Below, piece after piece: positions 18,522-27,845 of a DNA stretch of 39,172 nt. The position numbers were made by a program, and so were the translations under genes. The notes beneath the pieces are model-generated. The model was not told the origin of the DNA. It saw only the letters and a program-made list of their open reading frames with translations, and ran no database searches. Source of the DNA: Hadesarchaea archaeon (GTDB lineage Archaea > Hadarchaeota > Hadarchaeia > Hadarchaeales > WYZ-LMO6); NCBI GenBank assembly GCA_029259185.1, contig JAPDJF010000053.1:1-39172 (forward strand), written 5' to 3'. Every line of letters begins with the position of its first letter. Position 1 is the stretch's first letter.

Positions 18522-19606
18522 CTAAGCAACCTCCTGTAATTCTTCTCCACTTCTTTCATCAGCATCGCACACGTAATTCTCCCCCTCGTTTTCAAGATGG
18601 CTGACACCGCTGTCCCCCCTGCTCCAACGCCCTCTTTCACGACACCGGCCTCGTATGCTCTCAATCCATCCAATTCAGAACCGCTGAAGTCCAGATTGGC
18701 GGCGAGAATGGGAACGTCTGCTATTTGGGTGATTATCCCCTTCAAGTCCGCTGTTCTATCTTCTGTTATCCATCTTGTAGTCGCTATCGCTAGATTCCTG
18801 AGAACGTGTGGTCTCAGAGTCTTGATCACAGACAGCACCGCACCCATCTGAGTACCTCCTGCTAGCATAACAGGGATTTCTTGAGCAGCACCTATGGCCA
18901 CCCCTGCTACGGCTGGTATCATTGGATCTCCAACACAAGCTACAGCTCTGGAGGGATCCTCTTTCAGCTCCCCGAACCTCACGCCAGCAGCACGCATTCC
19001 TTGTTCAACCGTTTTCACCTTTAAGTCGTGCGGATTCCTGGGCATGCTGCTACTTACCTTTCTGCGGGCATCGATACCCATTCCCATCATTACCCCCAAT
19101 GCTGTCGTCGTCCCCCCCGGTATGCTCTCTCCGATCACCAAATAATCTGCACACTTAGCAAAGTTCCGTCCGCATATCTCAGCTCTCTCCAACACCTCCC
19201 CCACGTTTTCCACAGCTTTCCCCGTGCGGATATCTTTTCCCGGGGTCCCGCCGAGATCAATAAACGGTGTGTGGGGCTTGATCCTCGCCCCCCCAACCAC
19301 TACGAAGGTTGGAATGTTTGTCAGCTCCAACACCGACATCGTGATCAAGGCTGGAGTCGGAATCCCATCTGGGGTTATAGGAACCCCTTCCATACACCTG
19401 CATCTACCATGTAACAGCAGCTCTACATCCGCAGCTGGGGTGTAATCCGTGATCTCAGGAGTTTTTCCAGCGGCGGAAATTTTTGGGATCTTCGCCGTTT
19501 CCGTGGTTCCGATCGCACATATAAAGATCGGGCTCTTCCCCATGAGTCTGCCTATCCACTCTTTACCCTTTGGCTCGTTGTGAACAACAATTACGTCGTC
19601 GGTCAT
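18512..19606 (-). CDS. cobT: Archaeal nicotinate-mononucleotide:base phosphoribosyltransferase CobT
   Basis: ISAAG, TPAAD, PTPALIT, GESIPGGTTTA, LAGGTQM and KEGVGAGG motifs. Confidence 0.92.
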   Translation of the reverse strand: MTDDVIVVHNEPKGKEWIGRLMGKSPIFICAIGTTETAKIPKISAAGKTPEITDYTPAADVELLLHGRCRCMEGVPITPDGIPTPALITMSVLELTNIPTFVVVGGARIKPHTPFIDLGGTPGKDIRTGKAVENVGEVLERAEICGRNFAKCADYLVIGESIPGGTTTALGVMMGMGIDARRKVSSSMPRNPHDLKVKTVEQGMRAAGVRFGELKEDPSRAVACVGDPMIPAVAGVAIGAAQEIPVMLAGGTQMGAVLSVIKTLRPHVLRNLAIATTRWITEDRTADLKGIITQIADVPILAANLDFSGSELDGLRAYEAGVVKEGVGAGGTAVSAILKTRGRITCAMLMKEVEKNYRRLLRRA

Positions 19607-20553
19607 CAAGTATTCCTCCACAGACAGAGGGGAGTTACTACGATTGTCAAGAACAAAATAACGGAAAGCATCATTATTTGCAAAGCTTGAATCACGTGTT
19701 TACAATCCGTCTCCCCTCCGTCTCCTAGAACGTAATGTCCCGGTTTTTCCAATCGGACACCTAGGGCTCCAGCCATCGCAGACATTGGCCACCCAGCGTT
19801 CACACTTTCCGTCTTGCTCCTATCCCTTCTCAGGATCCTCCACGAATTTCTGCTGTTTTTCCCCACCAGCGAGGCCGAGATCACTATTAAATATGCTGTC
19901 AGGCGAGCGGGGATGAAATTCAGGAGGGTGTCGAGCTTCGCGGAAAACCACCCGATATGGACGTGCTTGGGATCCTTGTAGCCGATCATGGAATCTAGGG
20001 TGTTAACCACCCGGAATACAACCGCTCCCGGGACTCCAAAAAGGGCAAAATAAAAAAGTGGAGATGTTACCCCATCCACCGTACTTTCCGCCACACATTC
20101 TACTGTCGCTGATAACATCAGTCCCTGATCGAGTCCAGATGTATCCCTCCGAACGATCCGGGAGAGATGTTTGCGTGCTCTCTGGACATCACCATTTCTA
20201 AGGAAAGCTATCACTCTGAGAGAAGCGTCTTTCATGCTCTTTACAGCGAATGTAAGTTTCAAGAGAATTGCCGAAACGAGGATACACGTAGGCAGGGGGA
20301 GGTGCCGCTGGATCAGCAGGAGAACTACATAGACGGGGATCAAGAAAATGCAAATCACTGATATCGCAAACAGGGCTCCCTTTATCTTCTCGACTTTGGG
20401 ATTCTCCGCTCGAAAGCTGGGTTCCAAGATCCCTATCAGCTTTCCCATCCAAGCCGTGGGGTGAAATTTGTTCGGAGGATCACCAAGTAAATAATCCATC
20501 AGCACCGCCAGACCAATTATGGCGATCGAAACTGTGACCCCCTGAAGATTCAT
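19606..20553 (-). CDS. cbiB: Adenosylcobinamide-phosphate synthase CbiB
   Basis: GDPP..HP, IVRRDT, AESTVDG, NTLDSMIGY, PARL and NAGWPMSAMAGALG motifs. Confidence 0.95.
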   Translation of the reverse strand: MNLQGVTVSIAIIGLAVLMDYLLGDPPNKFHPTAWMGKLIGILEPSFRAENPKVEKIKGALFAISVICIFLIPVYVVLLLIQRHLPLPTCILVSAILLKLTFAVKSMKDASLRVIAFLRNGDVQRARKHLSRIVRRDTSGLDQGLMLSATVECVAESTVDGVTSPLFYFALFGVPGAVVFRVVNTLDSMIGYKDPKHVHIGWFSAKLDTLLNFIPARLTAYLIVISASLVGKNSRNSWRILRRDRSKTESVNAGWPMSAMAGALGVRLEKPGHYVLGDGGETDCKHVIQALQIMMLSVILFLTIVVTPLCLWRNT

Positions 20554-22022
20554 TTTTCACGCCCTTCCAAAATTTTTAGCCGGATACCGATCAATTTCTT
20601 CCTCGAAATTTTCTCTAACGGTTCTGCGATTTTAAGGAGCTCTTCAAGTATTTGCCTCGCTACCTCAGGCTGGTGAACCCACCAGCAGTTTTGGCAGCTC
20701 CAAACAACCCCACTACCGCTTTTTACCCACTCTCCACCTGTTGATTTCTCCTTACACGGGTAGAAGGGGCAAAAGCACCACGTACAATCCTGCCCATCAA
20801 AGTGACACGGATAATATTTGCACGCTCTGTTCTCCCCTAAAACCCGGCCAGCTTTAAGAACTTCGTTGATGTGCCTCTTGGTCCACCTTTCGCTTTTTAA
20901 AATCGCCCCCAAGGCCTTGAGGAGCCTTGCATTCTCTTTACGCCTGCGAACGGCTATTCTAACAAAATATTCATCAAGCCCCCTAAACGGGCTACAATCC
21001 CTTATTAGGATACCGTATCTAAGGAGTTCCTTCTTCAGCTGAGTAGCCGTCATACCGGTACCTCGGATATCCAGAAGTAGGAAATTAGTATCACTCGGAA
21101 ACACCCGAAGGTGCTTGAATTTAGTAAACCCCCTAGATAGATACTCTCTTTCCCTAACGATCAGCTGCCGGGCTCTAACCATGTATTCATCATCACCTAA
21201 TGCTGCCACCGCGGCGATTTGGGCGAGAACATTAACATTCCAAGGAGTCTTAGCCCTGTGAAGTAACTCGATCATCTCCTCGCAACCAGCACCATACCCA
21301 ACTCTGAGTCCGGGTAGCCCAAAGGTTTTGGTTAGGGATCTTAAGACAAAGAGGTTGGGGTGTGCCCGCACATCTCTTATGAGCGTGAATCGCTCATTAC
21401 CGTTGACAAAATCCATGAAGCTCTCATCGATGAAAACTAGGATATTTCTTTGGCTGGCTTCCTTGACTATTTTCAGCATGTCTTTTCTCTTGATGAGCTG
21501 ACCCGTGGGATTGTTTGGATTGCAAAAAAACAAGATTTTTGTCCTTTTCCTAAATTGGCCCACGACTTCATCCGCTTTAATACAAAAGCCGGCTGGATCT
21601 AACTTCAGAAAATTTATCTTTCCTCCAGCTTTTCTTACGGCGATCTCGTACTCTCCAAACGTGGGCGCAGGTATGAGGGCCTCATCCCCCCTCTCGATGA
21701 AAACTTCAGCGAATAACCGTATGAGTTCGGTCGAACCATTCCCTATTATGATGTTCCCAGTGCTTATGCCCAGCTTTCGGGCGATTATAAGTCTCAGTGG
21801 AAACGAGGCTGGGTCCGGATAGAAAGAAATTTGTTTGAGGTTGTCCCTGAGGGCTACCAGTGCTTTTGGGGATGGACCGAGCGGATTTGTGTTTGCGCTG
21901 AAATCAAGTATCTCCTCCGGTTTCTTTCTTTCCGTCCTAGCTACCTCCAACACCTCTCCGCCGTGCTTGCAGGGCTCCAGCGTCGGGATTTCCCTTCGGG
22001 CCAATTTTATGAGAGATCCCAT
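20550..22022 (-). CDS. cobD: L-threonine-O-3-phosphate decarboxylase CobD with fused C-terminal Cys-rich domain
   Basis: HGG, DFSANTNPLG, CNPNNPTG, DESFMDF and RSLTKTFGLPGLRVGY motifs; C-terminal CKYYPCH..CTWCFCPFYPC..CQNC. Confidence 0.92.
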   Translation of the reverse strand: MGSLIKLARREIPTLEPCKHGGEVLEVARTERKKPEEILDFSANTNPLGPSPKALVALRDNLKQISFYPDPASFPLRLIIARKLGISTGNIIIGNGSTELIRLFAEVFIERGDEALIPAPTFGEYEIAVRKAGGKINFLKLDPAGFCIKADEVVGQFRKRTKILFFCNPNNPTGQLIKRKDMLKIVKEASQRNILVFIDESFMDFVNGNERFTLIRDVRAHPNLFVLRSLTKTFGLPGLRVGYGAGCEEMIELLHRAKTPWNVNVLAQIAAVAALGDDEYMVRARQLIVREREYLSRGFTKFKHLRVFPSDTNFLLLDIRGTGMTATQLKKELLRYGILIRDCSPFRGLDEYFVRIAVRRRKENARLLKALGAILKSERWTKRHINEVLKAGRVLGENRACKYYPCHFDGQDCTWCFCPFYPCKEKSTGGEWVKSGSGVVWSCQNCWWVHQPEVARQILEELLKIAEPLEKISRKKLIGIRLKILEGREK

Positions 22023-22050
22023 TCCATTCTCCTCCCTATACCCCTCCGAT

Positions 22051-22083
22051 ATATTTAAATATTGGATGGACTATCCATCCAAT
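22051..22083. promoter_or_regulatory. Bidirectional TATA (ATATTTAAATAT) plus inverted-repeat operator ATTGGATGGA-CTA-TCCATCCAAT
   Basis: Both palindromes seen directly in the 59-bp gap between divergent cobD and btuF. Confidence 0.7.
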
Positions 22084-23011
22084 GATGAAAAAGGAACACC
22101 GAATGTTTATAGCACTCGCTTTAGTCTTAGTCTCCCTGCTTCTGATCGGCATAGGGATAACTGTAAAACCAATAGAGACTTCCGAATACCCAATGACAGT
22201 TGTGGACCAGATGGGAAGAACCGTATCTTTGCCGAAAGAACCTGAAAACATAATCTCGCTTGCTCCATCCAATACTGAGATTTTGTTTGCGTTGGGACTG
22301 GGTGACAAAGTTATAGGAGTAACGACATATTGCGATTACCCTCCCGAAGCTACGGAGAAGGAGAAAATCGGTGGCTTTTCAACAGTTGATGTGGAAAAAG
22401 TAGTCTCACTGCATCCGGATTTAGTCGTGGCCACAGGTGGGGTACAGACCAAATTCGTAGAACAGCTCGAGGACTTAGGCGTTTCCGTCATCGTTTTGGA
22501 TCCCGAAAACTTGGATGAAATCTTGGAAGGAATTGAGTTGGTAGGCAAGGTCACAGGTGTAGAGGACAGAGCAAGAGAACTCGTGGACAACATGCAGCAG
22601 AGGATAGAGTACATTACTTCCAAAACCGAAGATCTCTCAACCCGACCGAAAGTCTTCTACGTCACGTGGCACGATCCATTGTGGACGGCTGGTCGGGACA
22701 CATTCCAAGATGCCATTATAACCCTAGCTGGTGGAAATAACATCGCCTCTGATACCGAGGGGTACTTCGTCTACGATCCCGAGATGCTGGTGACCCAAGA
22801 CCCGGATGTGATCATCCTCGGTGCACATGGCATAACCCCTGCCGACATGGAATCGCTGTCCTGGTGGTCTGAATTAAAAGCTGTTAAAGAAAACAGGGTA
22901 TACACCATCGACCCTGATATTACAAGCAGGCCTGGTCCTCGAGTGGTCGAGGCCTTAGAGCAGGTGGCCCAATTCCTCCATCCTGAACTCTTTCAACTCG
23001 CAACAGCCTAG
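22082..23011 (+). CDS. btuF: Cobalamin ABC transporter substrate-binding protein
   Basis: N-terminal anchor; IISLAPSNTEILFALG, CDYPP, PDVII and SRPGPR motifs; cob context. Confidence 0.9.
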   Translation: MMKKEHRMFIALALVLVSLLLIGIGITVKPIETSEYPMTVVDQMGRTVSLPKEPENIISLAPSNTEILFALGLGDKVIGVTTYCDYPPEATEKEKIGGFSTVDVEKVVSLHPDLVVATGGVQTKFVEQLEDLGVSVIVLDPENLDEILEGIELVGKVTGVEDRARELVDNMQQRIEYITSKTEDLSTRPKVFYVTWHDPLWTAGRDTFQDAIITLAGGNNIASDTEGYFVYDPEMLVTQDPDVIILGAHGITPADMESLSWWSELKAVKENRVYTIDPDITSRPGPRVVEALEQVAQFLHPELFQLATA

Positions 23012-23022
23012 GGTGCAAGGAT

Positions 23023-24060
23023 TTGAACCACCCAGGTAAAAAAGCTTCTCTTTGGATCATCCTGATCGCTGGATTGATATCTTCAATTATTTTCTCCACC
23101 GTGGTGGGTTCTGCAGGCATTCCCTTTCCCGATGTCTGCAATGCGCTTTTGAGTAAGCTCCCGGTGCTGAACAAACTCGCAGGTCCAGTTCCCGCCACCT
23201 ACGAAACGATAATATTTCAGATCAGGTTGCCTAGGATCCTCCTAGGAGCGATGGTGGGGGCGGGTTTAGCTGTTGCAGGTACCGTACTCCAAGCGTTGTT
23301 CAAAAATCCGATGGCAGAACCCTATATAATCGGGGTCTCTTCCGGAGCCTGCCTGGGGGCCACGCTGGCCTTTCTGACCCCAATCAGCTCGGGGTGGTTC
23401 GGATCAAGCTGGGTGACGTTGATGAGTTTTCTGGGAGCAACCGTAACGCTCTATGTTGTATACAACATAAGCAAAATCGGGGGGAAAGTACCGATCGAAA
23501 CGCTGTTGTTGGCCGGAATAGCCGTGGCTTCCTTTCTCTCCGCCATAACAACGTTTTTAATGGTCCAGGCCGGTGAAGACCTTCACAAGATATACTTCTG
23601 GCTGGTTGGATCCCTGTCGGCCAAAGGGTGGGCTCAAGTGGAAGTGGCATCAGTGTGTGTGATAGTGGGAATCTTTGTTCTATATCTCTTCGCGCGAGAT
23701 CTGAATGTTATGCTCACGGGCGAGGAATCGGCCAGCCAGCTCGGAGTGGAAGTCGAAAGATCAAAAAAAGTGGTTCTCGCCGTGTCCACACTCGTCACCG
23801 GAGCAGCGGTATCGGTCAGCGGAGTGATCGGATTTGTGGGACTAGTCACGCCCCACATGATGAGGATTCTGGTGGGACCCAACCATTACACACTTATCCC
23901 TGCATCGGCTCTAGCTGGTAGCATAACCCTAACCCTTTCTGACACCGCGGCACGAATGATTTTCTCCCCCCAAGAGATTCCGGTAGGGGTAGTAACTGCT
24001 CTCTTCGGGGTACCGTTCTTCCTCTATCTCCTCAGGAAACGGAGGAAGGCGATGTTTTAG
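23023..24060 (+). CDS. btuC: Cobalamin ABC transporter permease (FecCD family)
   Basis: IRLPR, NPMAEPYIIGVSSGA, GEESASQLG, IGFVGL and EIPVG motifs. Confidence 0.92.
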   Translation: MNHPGKKASLWIILIAGLISSIIFSTVVGSAGIPFPDVCNALLSKLPVLNKLAGPVPATYETIIFQIRLPRILLGAMVGAGLAVAGTVLQALFKNPMAEPYIIGVSSGACLGATLAFLTPISSGWFGSSWVTLMSFLGATVTLYVVYNISKIGGKVPIETLLLAGIAVASFLSAITTFLMVQAGEDLHKIYFWLVGSLSAKGWAQVEVASVCVIVGIFVLYLFARDLNVMLTGEESASQLGVEVERSKKVVLAVSTLVTGAAVSVSGVIGFVGLVTPHMMRILVGPNHYTLIPASALAGSITLTLSDTAARMIFSPQEIPVGVVTALFGVPFFLYLLRKRRKAMF

Positions 24061-24069
24061 GTGACGAGC

Positions 24070-25413
24070 GTGGGGGAGGTCACTTTAAAAATAGAGAACG
24101 TCGAATGCACCTACGGCACCACCAGAATTCTCAAAAATATCAGTTTCGAAATCAAGCCAGGAGATTTCGTCGGTCTGATCGGTCCAAACGGTTCTGGAAA
24201 AACGACCCTCCTCAAGAGCATCAGCAGGGTGCTGAAACCACGTGTTGGTATAGTACTGTTGGATGGGAAGGACGTTTACACCCTCAAAGCGAAAGAGGTG
24301 GCAAAAAAGGTAGGAGTCGTCCCCCAAGAAACCCCAATTCCGTTTCAGTTCACGGCTTTGGAGATAGTGCTGATGGGACGCACCCCTCATCTGGGATGGT
24401 TGGAAAGCGAGAAGGAGAGGGATTACGAAATAGCGAGGACTGCCATGAAAATCGCCAATTGTCTGCATCTCTCCGATAGGATATTCGCGGAACTCAGCGG
24501 GGGGGAGAAACAGCGGGTTCTGATCGCGCGCGCTCTGGCACAGGAGCCAAAGGTTCTGCTGCTCGACGAGCCAACCGCGCACCTCGACATCAACTATCAG
24601 GAGGAAATATTGAACCTCCTCAAGCGTCTGAGCGGAGAAAAACTGACGATCTTGGCCGTTTTCCACGATCTCAACCTAGCCGCTCGATACTGTGACTCCC
24701 TCATCCTGCTGAACCAAGGGGAAATAGAAGCCATAGGAACTCCCGAAGAGGTTTTGACACCTGAAAACATCAAACGAGTTTACCGGATAGAAGTACTCGT
24801 AAAACGGCACCCAATAACGAATTCGCTTTACCTCATCCCCTTCCTGACTTCGAATCCGCAAACCGATGCTTGTGACGATTTTACGGTCCATTTGGTGTGC
24901 GGTGGGGGAACGGGAACACCTCTCATGCATTCCTTACTCAAGCAGGGGTACAGGGTAACGGTTGGTGCGGTGAGCACACTCGATACCGATTATGAGGCGA
25001 CTACGTATCTGAATGTCCCCGTCGTGACCCTTCCACCCTTTTCTCCCGCAAGCGATGATGCCCACAGGATACATCTGGAACTCGTGGGGCGGGCGGATGC
25101 CGTGGTGCTCACCGATGTCCCCATCGGTTGGGGAAACCTAAAAAACCTAGAGGCGGTTGAGGTTGCCCTGAGGAAGGGAATCCCGGTGATAATGGTTGGA
25201 GAAACACCCTTCGAAAAGCGGGATTTCACGGGGGGAGAGGCCCTGGAGCGTTTAATCCGTCTAAAAGATGAAGGGGCAATATGCGTCAAAAGTTTGAACG
25301 AAGTTTTGACCGTGATCGAGACGCTGAGAAGATCGTGCAGGGCATGCAGGGGTAAGAGCACCCAAAAACCGTTATCTGAGGCGAGAGGACGGCCCCTAGA
25401 AGCCTTTGAATAA
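24070..25413 (+). CDS. btuD: Cobalamin ABC transporter ATPase with extra C-terminal domain
   Basis: GPNGSGKTT, LSGGEKQRV, LLDEPT and HDLN motifs; extension starting VHLVCGGGTG. Start 24070 or 24061. Confidence 0.9.
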   Translation: MGEVTLKIENVECTYGTTRILKNISFEIKPGDFVGLIGPNGSGKTTLLKSISRVLKPRVGIVLLDGKDVYTLKAKEVAKKVGVVPQETPIPFQFTALEIVLMGRTPHLGWLESEKERDYEIARTAMKIANCLHLSDRIFAELSGGEKQRVLIARALAQEPKVLLLDEPTAHLDINYQEEILNLLKRLSGEKLTILAVFHDLNLAARYCDSLILLNQGEIEAIGTPEEVLTPENIKRVYRIEVLVKRHPITNSLYLIPFLTSNPQTDACDDFTVHLVCGGGTGTPLMHSLLKQGYRVTVGAVSTLDTDYEATTYLNVPVVTLPPFSPASDDAHRIHLELVGRADAVVLTDVPIGWGNLKNLEAVEVALRKGIPVIMVGETPFEKRDFTGGEALERLIRLKDEGAICVKSLNEVLTVIETLRRSCRACRGKSTQKPLSEARGRPLEAFE

Positions 25414-25421
25414 ACTCGGAG

Positions 25422-26414
25422 ATGATCATGGGACCCTGCGAAATCCAAAAAGGAAGGATCTTTGAAGAGATCGGCAGGAGGCTCGTGAAAGAGCTGGATG
25501 GAAGCGTGAAAAGAAATCCGGCAGATGCTATCCTGCTTTCAGGCGGACTGGACACTTCGATCCTCGCCTATCTGCTGTCCAAACGATCGAAGCCTACCGC
25601 TCTGACCGTTGTATTCGAGGGTGCCCCGGCATCGGATCTCCCTTACGCTGAACTCATGGCCAGACGATTAGATCTACCTCATTTCGTTCATACGTTCGGG
25701 AAAGACGAGTTTCAAGAAGCCGTTCAATTCGTGGTGAAAGTCATGGACTCGTTTGATCCAATGGAGGTCCGCAACAGCGTGGCGATCTATGAGGGCCTGA
25801 GGAGAGCGAGAGAACTGGGATTGAACACCGTTATGACTGGCGACGGGTGCGACGAACTTTTCGCGGGATACAGCTTTCTCTATTCTCTGAAACTCGATGA
25901 GCTCTCCTCCGAACTCCAGAAGGTGTGGTCCGTAATGGACTTCTCCTCCATACATCTAGCAAAAGCACTCGGGATGGAGGCCAAGCTTCCGTACTTGGAT
26001 CCGGAGTTCAAGCACTTCGCGATGAAACTCGATCCCATACTCAAAGTCGGGAAGAAAGACGGAAAACTATGGGGTAAGTGGATACTGCGCAAGGCGTTCG
26101 AGGATGTGTTACCGGAAGATGTCGTGTGGAGGATTAAGACCCCCATCGAGTGCGGATCCGGCACCACCATCCTCCCCAAGCTCTTCGATTCGCTCGTCTC
26201 CGACGCAGAGTTCTATGATAAAAAGAAGAAGTACCTCAAAGAGGACGGGATAAAACTCAGGACCAAGGAGCAGATGTACTACTATGAAGTTTACAGGAAA
26301 GTCGTGGGAGTCCCCCGCCGAACGAACCTAAAAGGCAAGGTTTGTCCTTATTGCAATTTTGATTTGCCTCCCATATCCACACACTGCCGGAGATGTGGGG
26401 CCTACCCGGTTTAA
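25422..26414 (+). CDS. Asparagine-synthetase-like ATP pyrophosphatase (no glutaminase domain) with C-terminal Zn ribbon
   Basis: LLSGGLDTS PP-loop, TGDGCDELFAGY, PYLD and KWILRKAF motifs; CPYC...CRRC at the C-terminus. Confidence 0.88.
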   Translation: MIMGPCEIQKGRIFEEIGRRLVKELDGSVKRNPADAILLSGGLDTSILAYLLSKRSKPTALTVVFEGAPASDLPYAELMARRLDLPHFVHTFGKDEFQEAVQFVVKVMDSFDPMEVRNSVAIYEGLRRARELGLNTVMTGDGCDELFAGYSFLYSLKLDELSSELQKVWSVMDFSSIHLAKALGMEAKLPYLDPEFKHFAMKLDPILKVGKKDGKLWGKWILRKAFEDVLPEDVVWRIKTPIECGSGTTILPKLFDSLVSDAEFYDKKKKYLKEDGIKLRTKEQMYYYEVYRKVVGVPRRTNLKGKVCPYCNFDLPPISTHCRRCGAYPV

Positions 26415-26424
26415 GGTAGTGCGT

Positions 26425-27132
26425 ATGAACGTTTACCATATAACTTACGCCCCGGAAATTAAAACCGCAAGTCTCTATTTTGACGGTTGTAATTTCAATT
26501 GCTTAGGCTGCATCAGAAAAAAGACCATGTACGATGTCCATTTGAAAGCCAGATCAGGAAGTAAATCCGGTTTTCTGAGTTTGAACGAGGTTTTGAAAAT
26601 TTTGAACCGGATCGGGGCTCGAACGGTGATAATGATGGGCGGCGAGCCCACCATCGATCCAGAACTTCCCACCTTAGTCGAAAAGTTGCGGAAATCTGGG
26701 ATTTCCAGCGTTTTGTTGACGAATGGTTATGAGCTAGAGGATAAACTGCTGGAAAACGTGGACAGGATATGTGTGAGCATAAAAGCATGGTCCGATGAAT
26801 TACACAGAAAATTCACAGGAAAATCCAACAAAAACACGTTGAAAAACTTCAGAAAAATCTATGATTCGGGTGTTAGCTTGTACTCCGAATCCATATACAT
26901 CCCTAGCCTAGTCGAGGTGAGGGAGATCGGGAAGATCGCGCGATTCATTTCTTCGGTTGACCCTGAGATCCCGTATCGCATTGATGCTTATATCCCGGTT
27001 AACGGTTTATGGCGGGCCCCTACTTCTAAAGAAGTTAAAGAAGCTGTAAAAGAAGCGAAAAAACACCTGCGGAGGGTAACTTGTCTGTACGGCGACGAGA
27101 AGTTAAAATATGAGGTCCTTAACGTGATTTGA
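26425..27132 (+). CDS. Radical SAM protein (activating-enzyme-like)
   Basis: CNFNCLGC (CxxxCxxC), GGEPT, LTNG and SIKA motifs. Confidence 0.9.
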   Translation: MNVYHITYAPEIKTASLYFDGCNFNCLGCIRKKTMYDVHLKARSGSKSGFLSLNEVLKILNRIGARTVIMMGGEPTIDPELPTLVEKLRKSGISSVLLTNGYELEDKLLENVDRICVSIKAWSDELHRKFTGKSNKNTLKNFRKIYDSGVSLYSESIYIPSLVEVREIGKIARFISSVDPEIPYRIDAYIPVNGLWRAPTSKEVKEAVKEAKKHLRRVTCLYGDEKLKYEVLNVI

Positions 27133-27145
27133 AAAGTTGACCGAT

Positions 27146-27805
27146 ATGACTAAAGTGGCCGTATCGTGGAGCGGAGGGAAAGAGAGTTGCTTGGCATGCT
27201 ACAGGGCGATCTCACGGGGCCTTGAGGTTTCTCACCTTTTGAATTTCGTAAACAAGGGAAGCGAAAGATCGATGGGACACGGGTTGGATCCTGAGCTGAT
27301 CCTCGCACAGTCTCAAGCGATGGGGATCCCGCTCGTTCAGAGAGAGACTTCATGGGAGACCTATGAACGGAAATTCAAAGACGCCGTGCTGGAGCTGAAA
27401 CGGAGGGGTGTGAAAGGCATCGTGTTTGGTGACGTTGATCTTCAGGAGCACAAAGATTGGGTGGAAAAAGTTTGCAGGGAGCTCGATGTTGAGCCGGTAG
27501 AGCCTCTGTGGGGAGGTGATCCGATGGAACTTCTCAACGAATTCGTGAACGCGGGGTTTGAAGCAATCGTAGTCAGGGTCAGGGGAGATCTGCTTGGTGA
27601 GGAATGGCTGGGACGCAGGGTGAACAGAGTTTTTCTAAGAGATATAGCAAAGGAACCCATCCATCCGCTGGGAGAGAAAGGAGAATATCACACATTCGTT
27701 ACCAATGGGCCCATCTTCAAGCACCGAATAAGAATACTCGGAAGTGACAAGGTCGTTAAGGATGGATACCACTCTATGGTTATAAAGAAGTGGAGGGTGG
27801 GATAA
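27146..27805 (+). CDS. Dph6-like (diphthine-ammonia ligase family) ATP pyrophosphatase
   Basis: SWSGGKES, VFGD, PLW, WLGR and GEKGEYHTFV..GP motifs. Confidence 0.88.
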   Translation: MTKVAVSWSGGKESCLACYRAISRGLEVSHLLNFVNKGSERSMGHGLDPELILAQSQAMGIPLVQRETSWETYERKFKDAVLELKRRGVKGIVFGDVDLQEHKDWVEKVCRELDVEPVEPLWGGDPMELLNEFVNAGFEAIVVRVRGDLLGEEWLGRRVNRVFLRDIAKEPIHPLGEKGEYHTFVTNGPIFKHRIRILGSDKVVKDGYHSMVIKKWRVG

Positions 27806-27845
27806 AAGAGGCTTGATTTTAGCATTTCCGGTTACTGATAACTCC

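Noticed and set aside
22023-22081. Cobalamin riboswitch upstream of btuF or cobD
   Set aside because: The gap is only 59 bp and lacks B12-box sequence.
24055-24072. btuC TAG directly followed in frame by btuD (possible amber read-through fusion); same pattern at rpl39e/rpl31e
   Set aside because: TAGGTG is explained as the stop codon overlapping the SD of the next gene. No pyrrolysine machinery is in the window.
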